Source of the DNA: Pseudomonadales bacterium
GTDB lineage: Bacteria > Pseudomonadota > Gammaproteobacteria > Pseudomonadales > Azotimanducaceae
NCBI GenBank assembly: GCA_965200235.1
Contig: OZ241339.1
Coordinates: 372,508-436,507 of the forward strand
DNA length: 64,000 nucleotides
Direction of reading: 5' to 3'
The notes under the pieces were generated by a model. It saw only the letters and a program-made list of their open reading frames with translations, had not been told where the DNA came from and made no database searches. Position 1 is the stretch's first letter. Each line of letters starts with the position of its first letter. The translations under genes and the position numbers were made by a program. Of the stretch, positions 8,301 through 17,087 are shown piece after piece.

Positions 8301-10484
8301 CTGCACGAGCAGGACGTGATACGCCTCAACAAGGGGCTTGCGGTGTTTCGCCCGGCGATGACCATTCGCCTTGCGCGCGGCGAAAAACGTGGCTTCAGCA
8401 ATGCGGACTTCCAGCCGCTTGCCAGGCATTATCAAGGCAAGATCATGCAGATCCATGTGATGAAGGCGTTTGCGGAACGAGGGCTCGAGGCCATGGCGGA
8501 TGCCATGCGGCTCGCGATGGACTACTTTAGTTTGAGCCAAGATGAGTTTCTCAGGCGCTGGCTGCCGCAGTCCGAAAAAGAGCTCGCCCGCCAGACCACG
8601 CCGGAATCCTGGCGCGTGATTGTCGAGAGTCTGCGGCATCCGGTGCAGCAGCGCATCGTCGCGGATGATCGCGAACAAACCAATGTGCTGGTGCTGGCCG
8701 GGCCCGGTTCCGGCAAGACGCGCGTGCTTGTGCATCGCATTGCCTACTTGGTGCGCGTGCGGCGCGAGAATCCGCGTTCGATTCTCGCGCTCGCCTACAA
8801 CAGGCACTCCGCCTTGGACATCAAGCGGCGTTTGCAGGCGCTCATTGGCAGGGATGCCGTGGGCGTGACGGTGCTGACGTGTCATGGCCTTGCCATGCGG
8901 CTTGCTGGCGCCAGCTTTGAGGGCAACATGGAGCGCCCCGATAGCGAGCTATTCAAAGAAGTGCTGCGGCGGGCCGTCAGTATTCTTCGCGGAGAAGACC
9001 TGCCACCCGAGGAAGCCGATGCGCGCCGGGAACGGCTCTTGTCCGGTTTTCGATGGATCCTCGTTGACGAATACCAGGACATCAACGCCGATCAATACGA
9101 TTTGATTTCCGCGCTTGCCGGACGCCTGCGTGATGAGGACGACGGCAAGTTGACGCTCTTTGCGGTGGGTGATGACGACCAGAACATCTATGCCTTCGGC
9201 GGCGCATCGGTTGCGTTCATTCGTCGATTTCAAGAGGATTACGGGCCGCGCCCGGAATACTTGACCGAGAACTATCGATCGAGTGCGCGCATCATCGGCG
9301 CATCGAATGCGCTCATCGCACCATCGGCCTCACGTATGAAGGCCGGTCATGCGATCAAGCGAAACAAGGCGCGAGAGAGAGAATCGCCTGGCGGTGAATG
9401 GGAATCACGCGACCCTGTGGGGCAAGGCCATGTGCAGATAGTGCCGGCGGGCAGCGACGCTGTGTCGCAGGCGGCGGCGGTTGTGGGAGAACTGAAACGA
9501 CTCGAGCGGCTCGATCCGGATTGGCGCTGGTCGCGGGCTGCGGTGATCGCCCGCGAATGGGAGACGCTCGCGCCGTTACGGGCGCTCTGCGAACGCGAAG
9601 GCGTGCCAGTGCAGATGGCCAATGAGAACGCGCCGAGTTTCTTCAGGCTGCGCGAGACGCAGCATCTGCTCACCTGGGTGCGCAGCCGCGAGTCCGGGCT
9701 GATCGATGGGCCCGCATTGCGTGATTGGGCGGCCGCGCAGCCATCTGGCCCGTGGCAGGCGCTGATTGCGCAAGCGATCCATGACTTTGCGCTTGAGAGC
9801 GGGAAGGAAGCGCCGGTTGAGCACTTCGTCGAGTGGCTCGCGGAATGGGGCAGGGAGGCGCGCCGCGAGCAGCGCGGGTTATTGCTTCTCACCGCGCACC
9901 GTGCCAAGGGGCTTGAGTTTGATCATGTCGCGGTCCTTGACGGGCGCTGGGAGCGGGTCGGGCATGGCGAAGATGCGGACGCGCCGCGCCGTCTCTACTA
10001 TGTGGCCATGACGCGGGCGCGCCAAACGCTCACGCTCGCGAGCTTCGAGACGCCTTTGCATCTGTTGGACGCATTGCGCGGTCACGCCGATGTCAGGTGG
10101 CGCGCGCCAGCGACTGGGCAGATCGCGGATGCGTCAGGATTGCAGAAGACCTACCTGTCCGCGAGCTTGGAGCAGGTCGATATCGGCTTTGCCGGTCGGT
10201 GCGGCCAAGAGCACCGAGTGCACCGTTTGATCGCAGCGCTCACGGCTGGCGATGAACTCGATGCAAAGCCTACGGAGCGAGGTGGCTGGAGCCTTTACGA
10301 TGCGCACGGCGCAGTGGTAGGACGCATGGCACGGCGCTTCGAACCACCATCTGGCAAGACTTGCCTGCATGCGAAGGTAGGCGCTATCGTGCGCTGGAGT
10401 CGCGCCTTATCGCAGCCGAAGTACCGGGATTCTGCGAGATGCGATGAGTGGGAGGTGGTGGTGCCTGAGCTTGTGTTTGAATAG
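5349..10484 (+). CDS. DEDD 3'-5' exonuclease + RecQ (SF2) helicase + UvrD/PcrA (SF1) helicase triple-fusion protein
   Basis: 1711-aa ORF with three recognisable modules.
- aa 5-170, exonuclease motifs: [29 protein letters not shown].
- aa about 290-640, RecQ core: [72 protein letters not shown].
- aa about 1090-1640, UvrD core: [88 protein letters not shown].
The start overlaps the upstream stop (ATGA, 5349-5352). Confidence 0.85.
   Translation: [1711 protein letters not shown]
7302..7376 (+). repeat. in-frame 15-bp tandem repeat (GGYTCTCGGCAACAC, about 4-5 units) encoding (GSRQH)n
   Basis: Read directly: units at 7317-7331, 7332-7346, 7347-7361 and a partial 7362-7376, with a degenerate unit before them. 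Peptide: [23 protein letters not shown], between the RecQ core and a winged-helix-like region. Confidence 0.9.
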
Positions 10485-10528
10485 GAGAATGTGGCACTTT
10501 CTCTCGTCGAGGGAGCATTAGAAAACCT

Positions 10529-13186
10529 GTGGCAGGGATGCGACGTCAAACCATCATCACGCTCGGCCGTTTCGCCATGCGCGAGCTTCGCTTGCAAGCG
10601 GCGCGCGAGGCGTCGTCGGGCCTCTCGATACTCACCATCGAGCAATTCGTTGCGCGGCTCGCGGGCGGGTTCGTTCGCGCCATCGACAAGGACACGCTGC
10701 GCGCGGCCATTATGAGGGTGAAGGAGAACACTCACCTCGGCGAATTGGAACCTATCAAGTCGCTGCCTGGCTTTTCGCGCGCCGCGGCGGACACCTTCTG
10801 CAAAGCATGGCTTGCCGGCATCGACATCGCGGCCCGTCAAGGCGAGCATCCGCGCATCGCCGCCATTGCGAGCCTTGAGCAGGCGGTGCTCCGCGAACTG
10901 CCGGCGAATACGCTGACGCCCACCGAGCTTGCCAAGAGAGCGCTCGCACGAGTGCAGCACGTCCGCGCCATCTTTGGCGAGGTGGAAGTCAGAGGATTCA
11001 CCGAGCTGTCGCCGTGCTGGCGCGAGTTGATCGGGTCAGTCGCTGGCGAAACCAAGGTCACTTGGCACGCCGGTCCGCGCGCCGTGCCCGAGTGGCTCGA
11101 TGGCAACAGGCTAGAGATCACAACTTCTTGTCCTGAGCATCCGGGCGTCACTTGTGTGAGCGCCGCCACTGCCTACCACGAGGCGATCGAGGCGATGCGC
11201 TGGGCGCGAGCACTGATCGCGTCCAAGCAAGCGAAGCCCGAGGAGATTGCGATCGCAGCCACCGCGTGCGACGACTACGACGATCATCTGCTTGCGCTGC
11301 GCTCGGACGCCAATATCGACGTTCATTTCGCGCACGGCATTCCGGTCACGGCGACGCGCGACGGGCAGGCGTGCGCGGCGCTCGCCGAGCTTGTTCTGCG
11401 CGGACTCTCGCGCACGAGAATGCACCGGCTCGCGCGACTTCTCGGCAAGTCGCCGGGCCCTTTCGAGTCCTTGCCTGAGGACTGGCTCGGCGCCTTCCCT
11501 GAAAGCGCGCCGCTCACACGGCTTGAGAGCTGGCGAAACTTAATCCTCGCGCAGGGGGATCTCGACTATGGCGCGCAGGTGCAGGACATCGTGGCGATGA
11601 TTGATCGCGGCGCGGAATTCGCAGAAGACACGGGCACAGCCTTGCTGACGGGCAAGGCGCGCCTGATATGGCGGCAGGCGCTTCTTCTCGGCCCGCCCGA
11701 GTCTCTTGACCTCAGCATTGAACGCCTGCGCACCGACGATAGCTTTGACCCCGGCAATTCAATCGCTTGGGCGCCGGCGAGCTCGCTCGCCGCCGCACCA
11801 AGGCCGCATGTCTACCTGCTCGGCCTCAATTCGCAGCGCTGGCCGCATGTGGCTTTTGAAGACCGGCTGCTCTCCGATCACATCATCCCGACTTCGCAAC
11901 TCGATCCGCTGCCGGTGAATCTTGCCGATACCCGCGATTTCGAGACCATTCTTGCGACGAGCGCGGCGTCGGTGGTGCTCTCGCACGCGCGGCGAGATCA
12001 CGAAGGGCGGCTGCTTGGCCGCAGCGCGCTCCTCCAGGGACAACCGAAAGAGATGTATCTCGGACGCCATCGGGTGCCGGTCCACGCTTGTAGCGAAATC
12101 GATCGACTTGCCGCGCGCGTGAATGAATTTGCCGACATGGCGCCCGCGAGAATGGCCGCGGCGTGCTGGCGCGATTGGAACGATCGGCAGGACTTGACCG
12201 CGCACGATGGCATTGTCCAAGCCGATCACCCCATCATCAAAGCGATCTTGCAGCGCACCCAGTCGGCGGCTTCGCTGCGCCTGCTGCTGCGAAATCCAAT
12301 TGGTTTTCTGTGGCGCTATGGCCTCGGCCTGATCGAACCGCAGGCAAGCGAAGATCCCTTGATCCTCGATGCGATCGCCATGGGCGACCTGGTGCACGAG
12401 ATGCTTGAGCATTCGCTCGTCGCGCTTGAGGACAGTCAAGGTCTTGCCAATGTCAGCGAAGGCGATGTGCGCCAGGCGGTCGATCAAGCGTCAAGCGAGC
12501 TTGCCGAGCACTGGCAGTTGTATCGCGCGGTGCCGCCGAGAAAACTTTGGCAGCGTAGCTTGATGGAAGCGCGCAAGCAGAGTGAGCGCGGCCTGCTGCT
12601 TAGGCAAGCTGGCGCCGTCGCCCACGCCGAAGTGCCGTTTGGTGGTGCCGACATCAAGACCACACGCGAACTGCCGTGGGATGCGCAAGCGCCGGTTGAA
12701 ATCCCGCAAGCAGGCTTTCTCATTCAAGGCTATATCGACCGGCTCGATCTCGGCGCCGATGGCGCATCGGCATGGGTGCGAGACTACAAGACCGGCAAGA
12801 CGCCCAAGATCGGCGACGCGCGGCCGTTCGTGCTTGACAAGGGGCGCGAATTGCAGCGCTGCCTCTACGCGTATGCGGTGCGCGCCATGCTTGGGCCGCA
12901 GGTGGATATTCATGCCTCGCTGCACTATTTGCGCGACGATGTGGATCTTGCGCTCGCCGATGCCGAACTCGTGCTTGAGACCCTCTCGTTTTTTCTCGCA
13001 TCGGCGCGCACAAGCTTCCAAAGCGGTGTCTGTGTAATCGGCGCTGACGCTGGCGACACTTACGATGATCTTGCCTTCGCGTTGCCGGCCAACGCCGCCA
13101 ATATCTACTGCAAGGTCAAGCGCGACCTCGTGCGCGACAAAATGAACGAAGCTGGCAATGCTGCAGACGTGTGGGAAGCAGACTGA
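10529..13186 (+). CDS. AddB-like PD-(D/E)XK nuclease family protein (inactive-helicase-like N-terminus)
   Basis: 885-aa ORF with no clear Walker A. C-terminal RecB-type nuclease motif GYIDRLDLGADGASAWVRDYKTGK ... LQRCLYAYA. It sits 5' of, and overlaps (TGATG, 13184-13188), an AddA-like gene, as in addB-addA operons. An alternative ATG start exists at 10538. Confidence 0.7.
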   Translation: MAGMRRQTIITLGRFAMRELRLQAAREASSGLSILTIEQFVARLAGGFVRAIDKDTLRAAIMRVKENTHLGELEPIKSLPGFSRAAADTFCKAWLAGIDIAARQGEHPRIAAIASLEQAVLRELPANTLTPTELAKRALARVQHVRAIFGEVEVRGFTELSPCWRELIGSVAGETKVTWHAGPRAVPEWLDGNRLEITTSCPEHPGVTCVSAATAYHEAIEAMRWARALIASKQAKPEEIAIAATACDDYDDHLLALRSDANIDVHFAHGIPVTATRDGQACAALAELVLRGLSRTRMHRLARLLGKSPGPFESLPEDWLGAFPESAPLTRLESWRNLILAQGDLDYGAQVQDIVAMIDRGAEFAEDTGTALLTGKARLIWRQALLLGPPESLDLSIERLRTDDSFDPGNSIAWAPASSLAAAPRPHVYLLGLNSQRWPHVAFEDRLLSDHIIPTSQLDPLPVNLADTRDFETILATSAASVVLSHARRDHEGRLLGRSALLQGQPKEMYLGRHRVPVHACSEIDRLAARVNEFADMAPARMAAACWRDWNDRQDLTAHDGIVQADHPIIKAILQRTQSAASLRLLLRNPIGFLWRYGLGLIEPQASEDPLILDAIAMGDLVHEMLEHSLVALEDSQGLANVSEGDVRQAVDQASSELAEHWQLYRAVPPRKLWQRSLMEARKQSERGLLLRQAGAVAHAEVPFGGADIKTTRELPWDAQAPVEIPQAGFLIQGYIDRLDLGADGASAWVRDYKTGKTPKIGDARPFVLDKGRELQRCLYAYAVRAMLGPQVDIHASLHYLRDDVDLALADAELVLETLSFFLASARTSFQSGVCVIGADAGDTYDDLAFALPANAANIYCKVKRDLVRDKMNEAGNAADVWEAD

Positions 13187-16100
13187 TGGTCGCGCTGCCC
13201 GACAATGACGCTCGGCGCGATGCCATGCGCGTCCATGACCGCACCTATCTGGTCGAAGCTGGCGCCGGCTCCGGCAAGACAGCCGTGCTCGCCGGACGCA
13301 TCGTCATGCTGCTCGCCGCCGGCGTCAAGCCAAAGCACATCGCGGCGGTGACCTTCACGGAACTCGCTGCAAGCGAACTCTTGGTTCGTGTCCGCAAGTT
13401 TGTGGACGCGCTGATGGCCGGCAACACTCCGGATGAGCTTGTGCTCGCGCTGCCGGACAGCCTCGCCGACGCCGAGCGCACGCACCTCGAAGATGCGTTG
13501 AAGCGTTTCGACGAGATCACATGCTCGACGATTCACGGCTTTTGCCAGCAGCTCATCAAACCCTATCCGGTGGCGGCGGACTTGGACCCCGGCGCGAGCG
13601 TGATGGATCGCGATCAAGCGGATTTAAGCTTCTTGGAGACGCGCACGCAATGGCTGAAGGGGAGGCTCGACCTTGAAGAGGACACGCCTCTCGCCAGCCT
13701 TGTTTGGCATGACCAGGCGAAATCGATCACGCTGTTTGATGAGGTGCTGGACATCCTGCGAGAGCACCCCCACATGGAAGTGCGCCAGTCAGTCCGTTTT
13801 GATGACCAGTGGAACGAATTCAAGGATGCCGCGGCGTCGTTCTCGGCCTTCATGGAAGGATGCCCGGTGTCAGAGCCGGAAACCGCGCAGATCGTGCACG
13901 CACTTCGCGGGATCGCGGCTGGTCACCAGGCAGCTGAAGAAATCGAGCGCCTGCTCAACGTCATGTCGGTGGGCGACGACCTGACGCTGTTCACGAAGGA
14001 CCGCAAGCCTCGCAGCTACAGGATGAAAGGCAAGTGGGAGAAAGCTGCGCAACAGGACGGCCTGTCCAAGGCCGAAGGCGGGCGCTGCTTTGAGACCGCC
14101 AAGGCAATCTACGGAATGTGCCTTGAATCCTTGCAGGCCCTGCAAGCGATTGCTTGCTCGACACTGCTGCGCCTCATCGTCTCTGAACTCAAGCCTGTGA
14201 TTGACGCATATCACGCGCACAAGCGCCGCACGGCGCAGCTCGATTTTGACGATCTCATTCGTGGCGCGCGCGATCTGCTGTGCGGTCATGAGGACATTCG
14301 CGTTGCCCTCGGCCGTCGCTACACGCACGTCCTCGTCGATGAGTTTCAAGATACGAACCTGCTGCAGACGGAGATCTTCTGGCGGTTGTGCGGGGACGCC
14401 CCCTCGGATGCAGCGCGCGACGACTGGACAGCATTCCGTATTCGTCCGGGGGCGCTCTTCCTCGTCGGCGACCCAAAGCAGGCGATCTACCGATTTCGCG
14501 GCGCCGATGTCGCGGCCTATGTGCGAGCGCGCGCGCTGCTGCTTGGCGAGGATGAAGGCGCGCTGCTTCGCATCTCCACCAATTTTCGCTCGCTGCCGTC
14601 GATTCTTGCGCATGTGAACGAGAAGTTCGAAGAGCCCTTGTCGGTGGAAGCCGGACAGCCCGGGTTTACGCCGCTCGATGCGTTTCTCGAAGAGACCTCC
14701 GCGCAGAGTCTTGCGCGCCTCGACGTCACCGTCGAGCCGGACGAGCAGGGTAAGGTGTCCGTGGACAGTCAACGGCAAGCCGAGGCCGATGCGGTGGCGC
14801 TCGTGTGCGCGAAGCTGATCGGCAGTGAGATGCTGCCGGGTGACGATGCCGGGTCGCGAACAGTCAAGCCCGGTGACATCGCGCTGCTCGCGCCTTCCGG
14901 CACCGATCTTTGGCGCTACGAGGAAGCCTTGGAGCGGCTCGCTATTCCGGTCGCCACGCAAGCCGGCAAGGGTCTCTACCGACGCCAGGAAATTCAAGAC
15001 CTGATCGCGCTCACGCGCGTGCTCGCCGACAGTCGGGATACCCTTGCGCTTGGTGCGCTGCTGCGCGGGCCGCTGGTCGGACTCAGCGACGAGGCGCTGC
15101 TTGACATCGCCCTACATGTGCGCGGCGAAAGCGAGGATATACCGCGCCTGCGTCTCTTCATGGAACTCGAACAGATCGACAACAGCGAAGCTCGCGATGT
15201 GATCGGCAAACTGCAATTTCTCTACGGCAAGGCAGCAAGCACCACGCCGCACCATCTCATCTCGCAGGCGATCGATCTCCTGCATGTTCGTCCGATCCTC
15301 ATGCGCCGCCACGCTGGCCAGGCAACGCGCGTGCTCGCCAATGTGGACTTGTATCTCAGCATGAGCCGCGCCTATGCGGTGCGCGGATTGAAAGCCTTTG
15401 CCGAAGCCATGACCGCCGCATGGCACGACGAGCAGCGCGCGCCGGAAGGACGTCCCGACGCGCAGGAAGAGTCGGTTGCGCTGTTCACCATGCACGCGGC
15501 CAAGGGCCTCGAGTGGCGCATCGTAGTGCCGGTGAACACCATGACCCAAGTGCGATCCGCCGACGGACAGTTTGTTGACCGCGTCAACGGATACTTCTAT
15601 TGCAAGGCGTTCGGCACCAAGCCGCTCGGCTATGATGAGGCGCAGCAAGCAGAGCAAGACGAGCTTGATCGCGAGCGAGTGCGCCTCTGGTATGTGGCGA
15701 CGACGCGCGCGCGGGATTTGCTGGTGCTGCCGAATGTGATGGCGGATCGTAAGAGCAACGTGTGGTCGGGGGTCGTTCCGCTCGACATCGAGTCTCTGCC
15801 AGAGATCAATCTTGAAGAGTTGTCGCCCGAACTGCCCGCGGTTGAAGGCGAGCTCGTGAACGAACAGACGCGCGAAGTGTTCGCTGAGGAGGCGAAGATC
15901 ATTGCGCATGGTCATCGGCGCATTGCCTGGCGCAGTCCAAGCCGAGATGAAGACATTGCCGCGCCGCTTGCTTCGGAAGTTGAGGGTGAGGTGTTTGCCA
16001 ATGACGATGAGGCGTCTCCCCCCGCAGTCGATGGGCTTGACGTGCAAGGCGGACTGCAGCGCGGTCTGCTGATACACAAGCTCTTTGAAGAAGTGCTGAC

Positions 16101-16527
16101 CGGCGAGTGCCAAGAGAATGAAGCGGACTTGACCGCGCGCGCCGAAACGCTCATCGGCGAACTTGGGCGCACTGCGAGCGAGAACGCTGCCGATGGTCTG
16201 TCGCCCGCCGAACTCGCCGGATGCGTGCGACGCGGACTCGCGCTGCCGCAAGTTGCCGAATTACGACCGCGCCTCGTCGCAGAATGCAGCGTCTTCGGGT
16301 CGCGCATCGAAGCGGACACCGAGCTCATGTTCGCCGGTATTGCCGATGCCATTGCGTTCGACACCACGGGCGCGCCCGAAGTGGTCATCGATTGGAAGAC
16401 CGACGTTGACCCGCGGACAAGTCAACTCAAGCACTATGGCGAGCAGGTGCGCGCCTATCTTGAACTCACCGGCGCGAAGCGTGGGCTTGTTGTGCTGGTG
16501 ACCACAGGACGGGTGCTTGCGGTCTGA
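13186..16527 (+). CDS. AddA-like UvrD-family helicase with C-terminal RecB-type nuclease
   Basis: Helicase motifs: YLVEAGAGSGKTAVLAGRIV, HVLVDEFQDTNLLQTEIF, LFLVGDPKQAIYRFRGA, STNFRS, LFTMHAAKGLEWRIV, LWYVATTRARDLL. C-terminal nuclease: IADAIAFDTTGAPEVVIDWKTD ... YGEQVRAYLELT. The track ORF starts at GTG 13171; I prefer ATG 13186, which overlaps the upstream stop. Confidence 0.85.
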   Translation: MVALPDNDARRDAMRVHDRTYLVEAGAGSGKTAVLAGRIVMLLAAGVKPKHIAAVTFTELAASELLVRVRKFVDALMAGNTPDELVLALPDSLADAERTHLEDALKRFDEITCSTIHGFCQQLIKPYPVAADLDPGASVMDRDQADLSFLETRTQWLKGRLDLEEDTPLASLVWHDQAKSITLFDEVLDILREHPHMEVRQSVRFDDQWNEFKDAAASFSAFMEGCPVSEPETAQIVHALRGIAAGHQAAEEIERLLNVMSVGDDLTLFTKDRKPRSYRMKGKWEKAAQQDGLSKAEGGRCFETAKAIYGMCLESLQALQAIACSTLLRLIVSELKPVIDAYHAHKRRTAQLDFDDLIRGARDLLCGHEDIRVALGRRYTHVLVDEFQDTNLLQTEIFWRLCGDAPSDAARDDWTAFRIRPGALFLVGDPKQAIYRFRGADVAAYVRARALLLGEDEGALLRISTNFRSLPSILAHVNEKFEEPLSVEAGQPGFTPLDAFLEETSAQSLARLDVTVEPDEQGKVSVDSQRQAEADAVALVCAKLIGSEMLPGDDAGSRTVKPGDIALLAPSGTDLWRYEEALERLAIPVATQAGKGLYRRQEIQDLIALTRVLADSRDTLALGALLRGPLVGLSDEALLDIALHVRGESEDIPRLRLFMELEQIDNSEARDVIGKLQFLYGKAASTTPHHLISQAIDLLHVRPILMRRHAGQATRVLANVDLYLSMSRAYAVRGLKAFAEAMTAAWHDEQRAPEGRPDAQEESVALFTMHAAKGLEWRIVVPVNTMTQVRSADGQFVDRVNGYFYCKAFGTKPLGYDEAQQAEQDELDRERVRLWYVATTRARDLLVLPNVMADRKSNVWSGVVPLDIESLPEINLEELSPELPAVEGELVNEQTREVFAEEAKIIAHGHRRIAWRSPSRDEDIAAPLASEVEGEVFANDDEASPPAVDGLDVQGGLQRGLLIHKLFEEVLTGECQENEADLTARAETLIGELGRTASENAADGLSPAELAGCVRRGLALPQVAELRPRLVAECSVFGSRIEADTELMFAGIADAIAFDTTGAPEVVIDWKTDVDPRTSQLKHYGEQVRAYLELTGAKRGLVVLVTTGRVLAV

Positions 16528-16640
16528 TAGTCATCGACACGCTCAGCTTAGGCGGTAGCCAATGAATGATAAACTGTGACCCAAATCGAGCGGAACTGAA
16601 TATCCGCTCCTATGTGCGCGATTGATCGGTGCGTGGCCCA

Positions 16641-17087
16641 ATGCAAGAGATCAGAATTTTCATCAACGACAAGCCTCGAGCCATCGTGGGTTTAGAGCAT
16701 AGTGTCGAGGCTATGCTTAAGGAAGGCGAATGCACAAGCGAGAATGGCGTATTGGTGACTAACGACGGTATCACCCATGACGACCCTGCTGAGATTGTTC
16801 GTATTGGCGATGGCGATAGGTTGAAAGTATTGCCGGTAGGCGGCGACCGCACCATTTGCTACCAAGTCAACGGCGAGGCCCAAACTACCGTTAGCAGCCC
16901 TTTGACTGTGGGGGAAATCCTTGAACGCGCTGGCGCGTCAGCTAGCGTCAATGTCAATGATCGAGCCAGCTACTATCTTGAGAACCTTGCGACTGAGCAA
17001 CGTTACGACGACCCCGATGCTGAAGTAGCAGTTTGCGAGGATGATCGATTTATAGCTGTGCATCGCGGCCCAGCACCCGTTGCATGA
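16641..17087 (+). CDS. tandem beta-grasp (multi-ubiquitin-like) protein
   Basis: 148 aa from ATG 16641 (GTG 16629 also possible). Two similar halves, IRIFINDKPRAIVG...DRLKVLP and ICYQVNGEAQTTVSSPLTVGEIL...RFIAVHRG. It ends PAPVA with no terminal GG. Its stop overlaps the next start (ATGA, 17084-17087), and it lies in an operon with E2-like and JAB-E1 genes. Confidence 0.65.
   Translation: MQEIRIFINDKPRAIVGLEHSVEAMLKEGECTSENGVLVTNDGITHDDPAEIVRIGDGDRLKVLPVGGDRTICYQVNGEAQTTVSSPLTVGEILERAGASASVNVNDRASYYLENLATEQRYDDPDAEVAVCEDDRFIAVHRGPAPVA

Noticed and set aside
7806-8885. 359-aa antisense ORF inside the Exo-RecQ-UvrD gene (also 6684-7424, 11759-12487, 13870-14997 and 15112-16251 in the neighbouring genes)
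   Set aside because: These are high-GC antisense frames without motifs. The sense ORFs carry complete helicase and nuclease motif sets.
10295-10960. 221-aa minus-strand ORF bridging the helicase / AddB-like intergenic region
   Set aside because: It overlaps the ends of two well-supported plus-strand genes, is Arg-rich, and has no recognisable domain.
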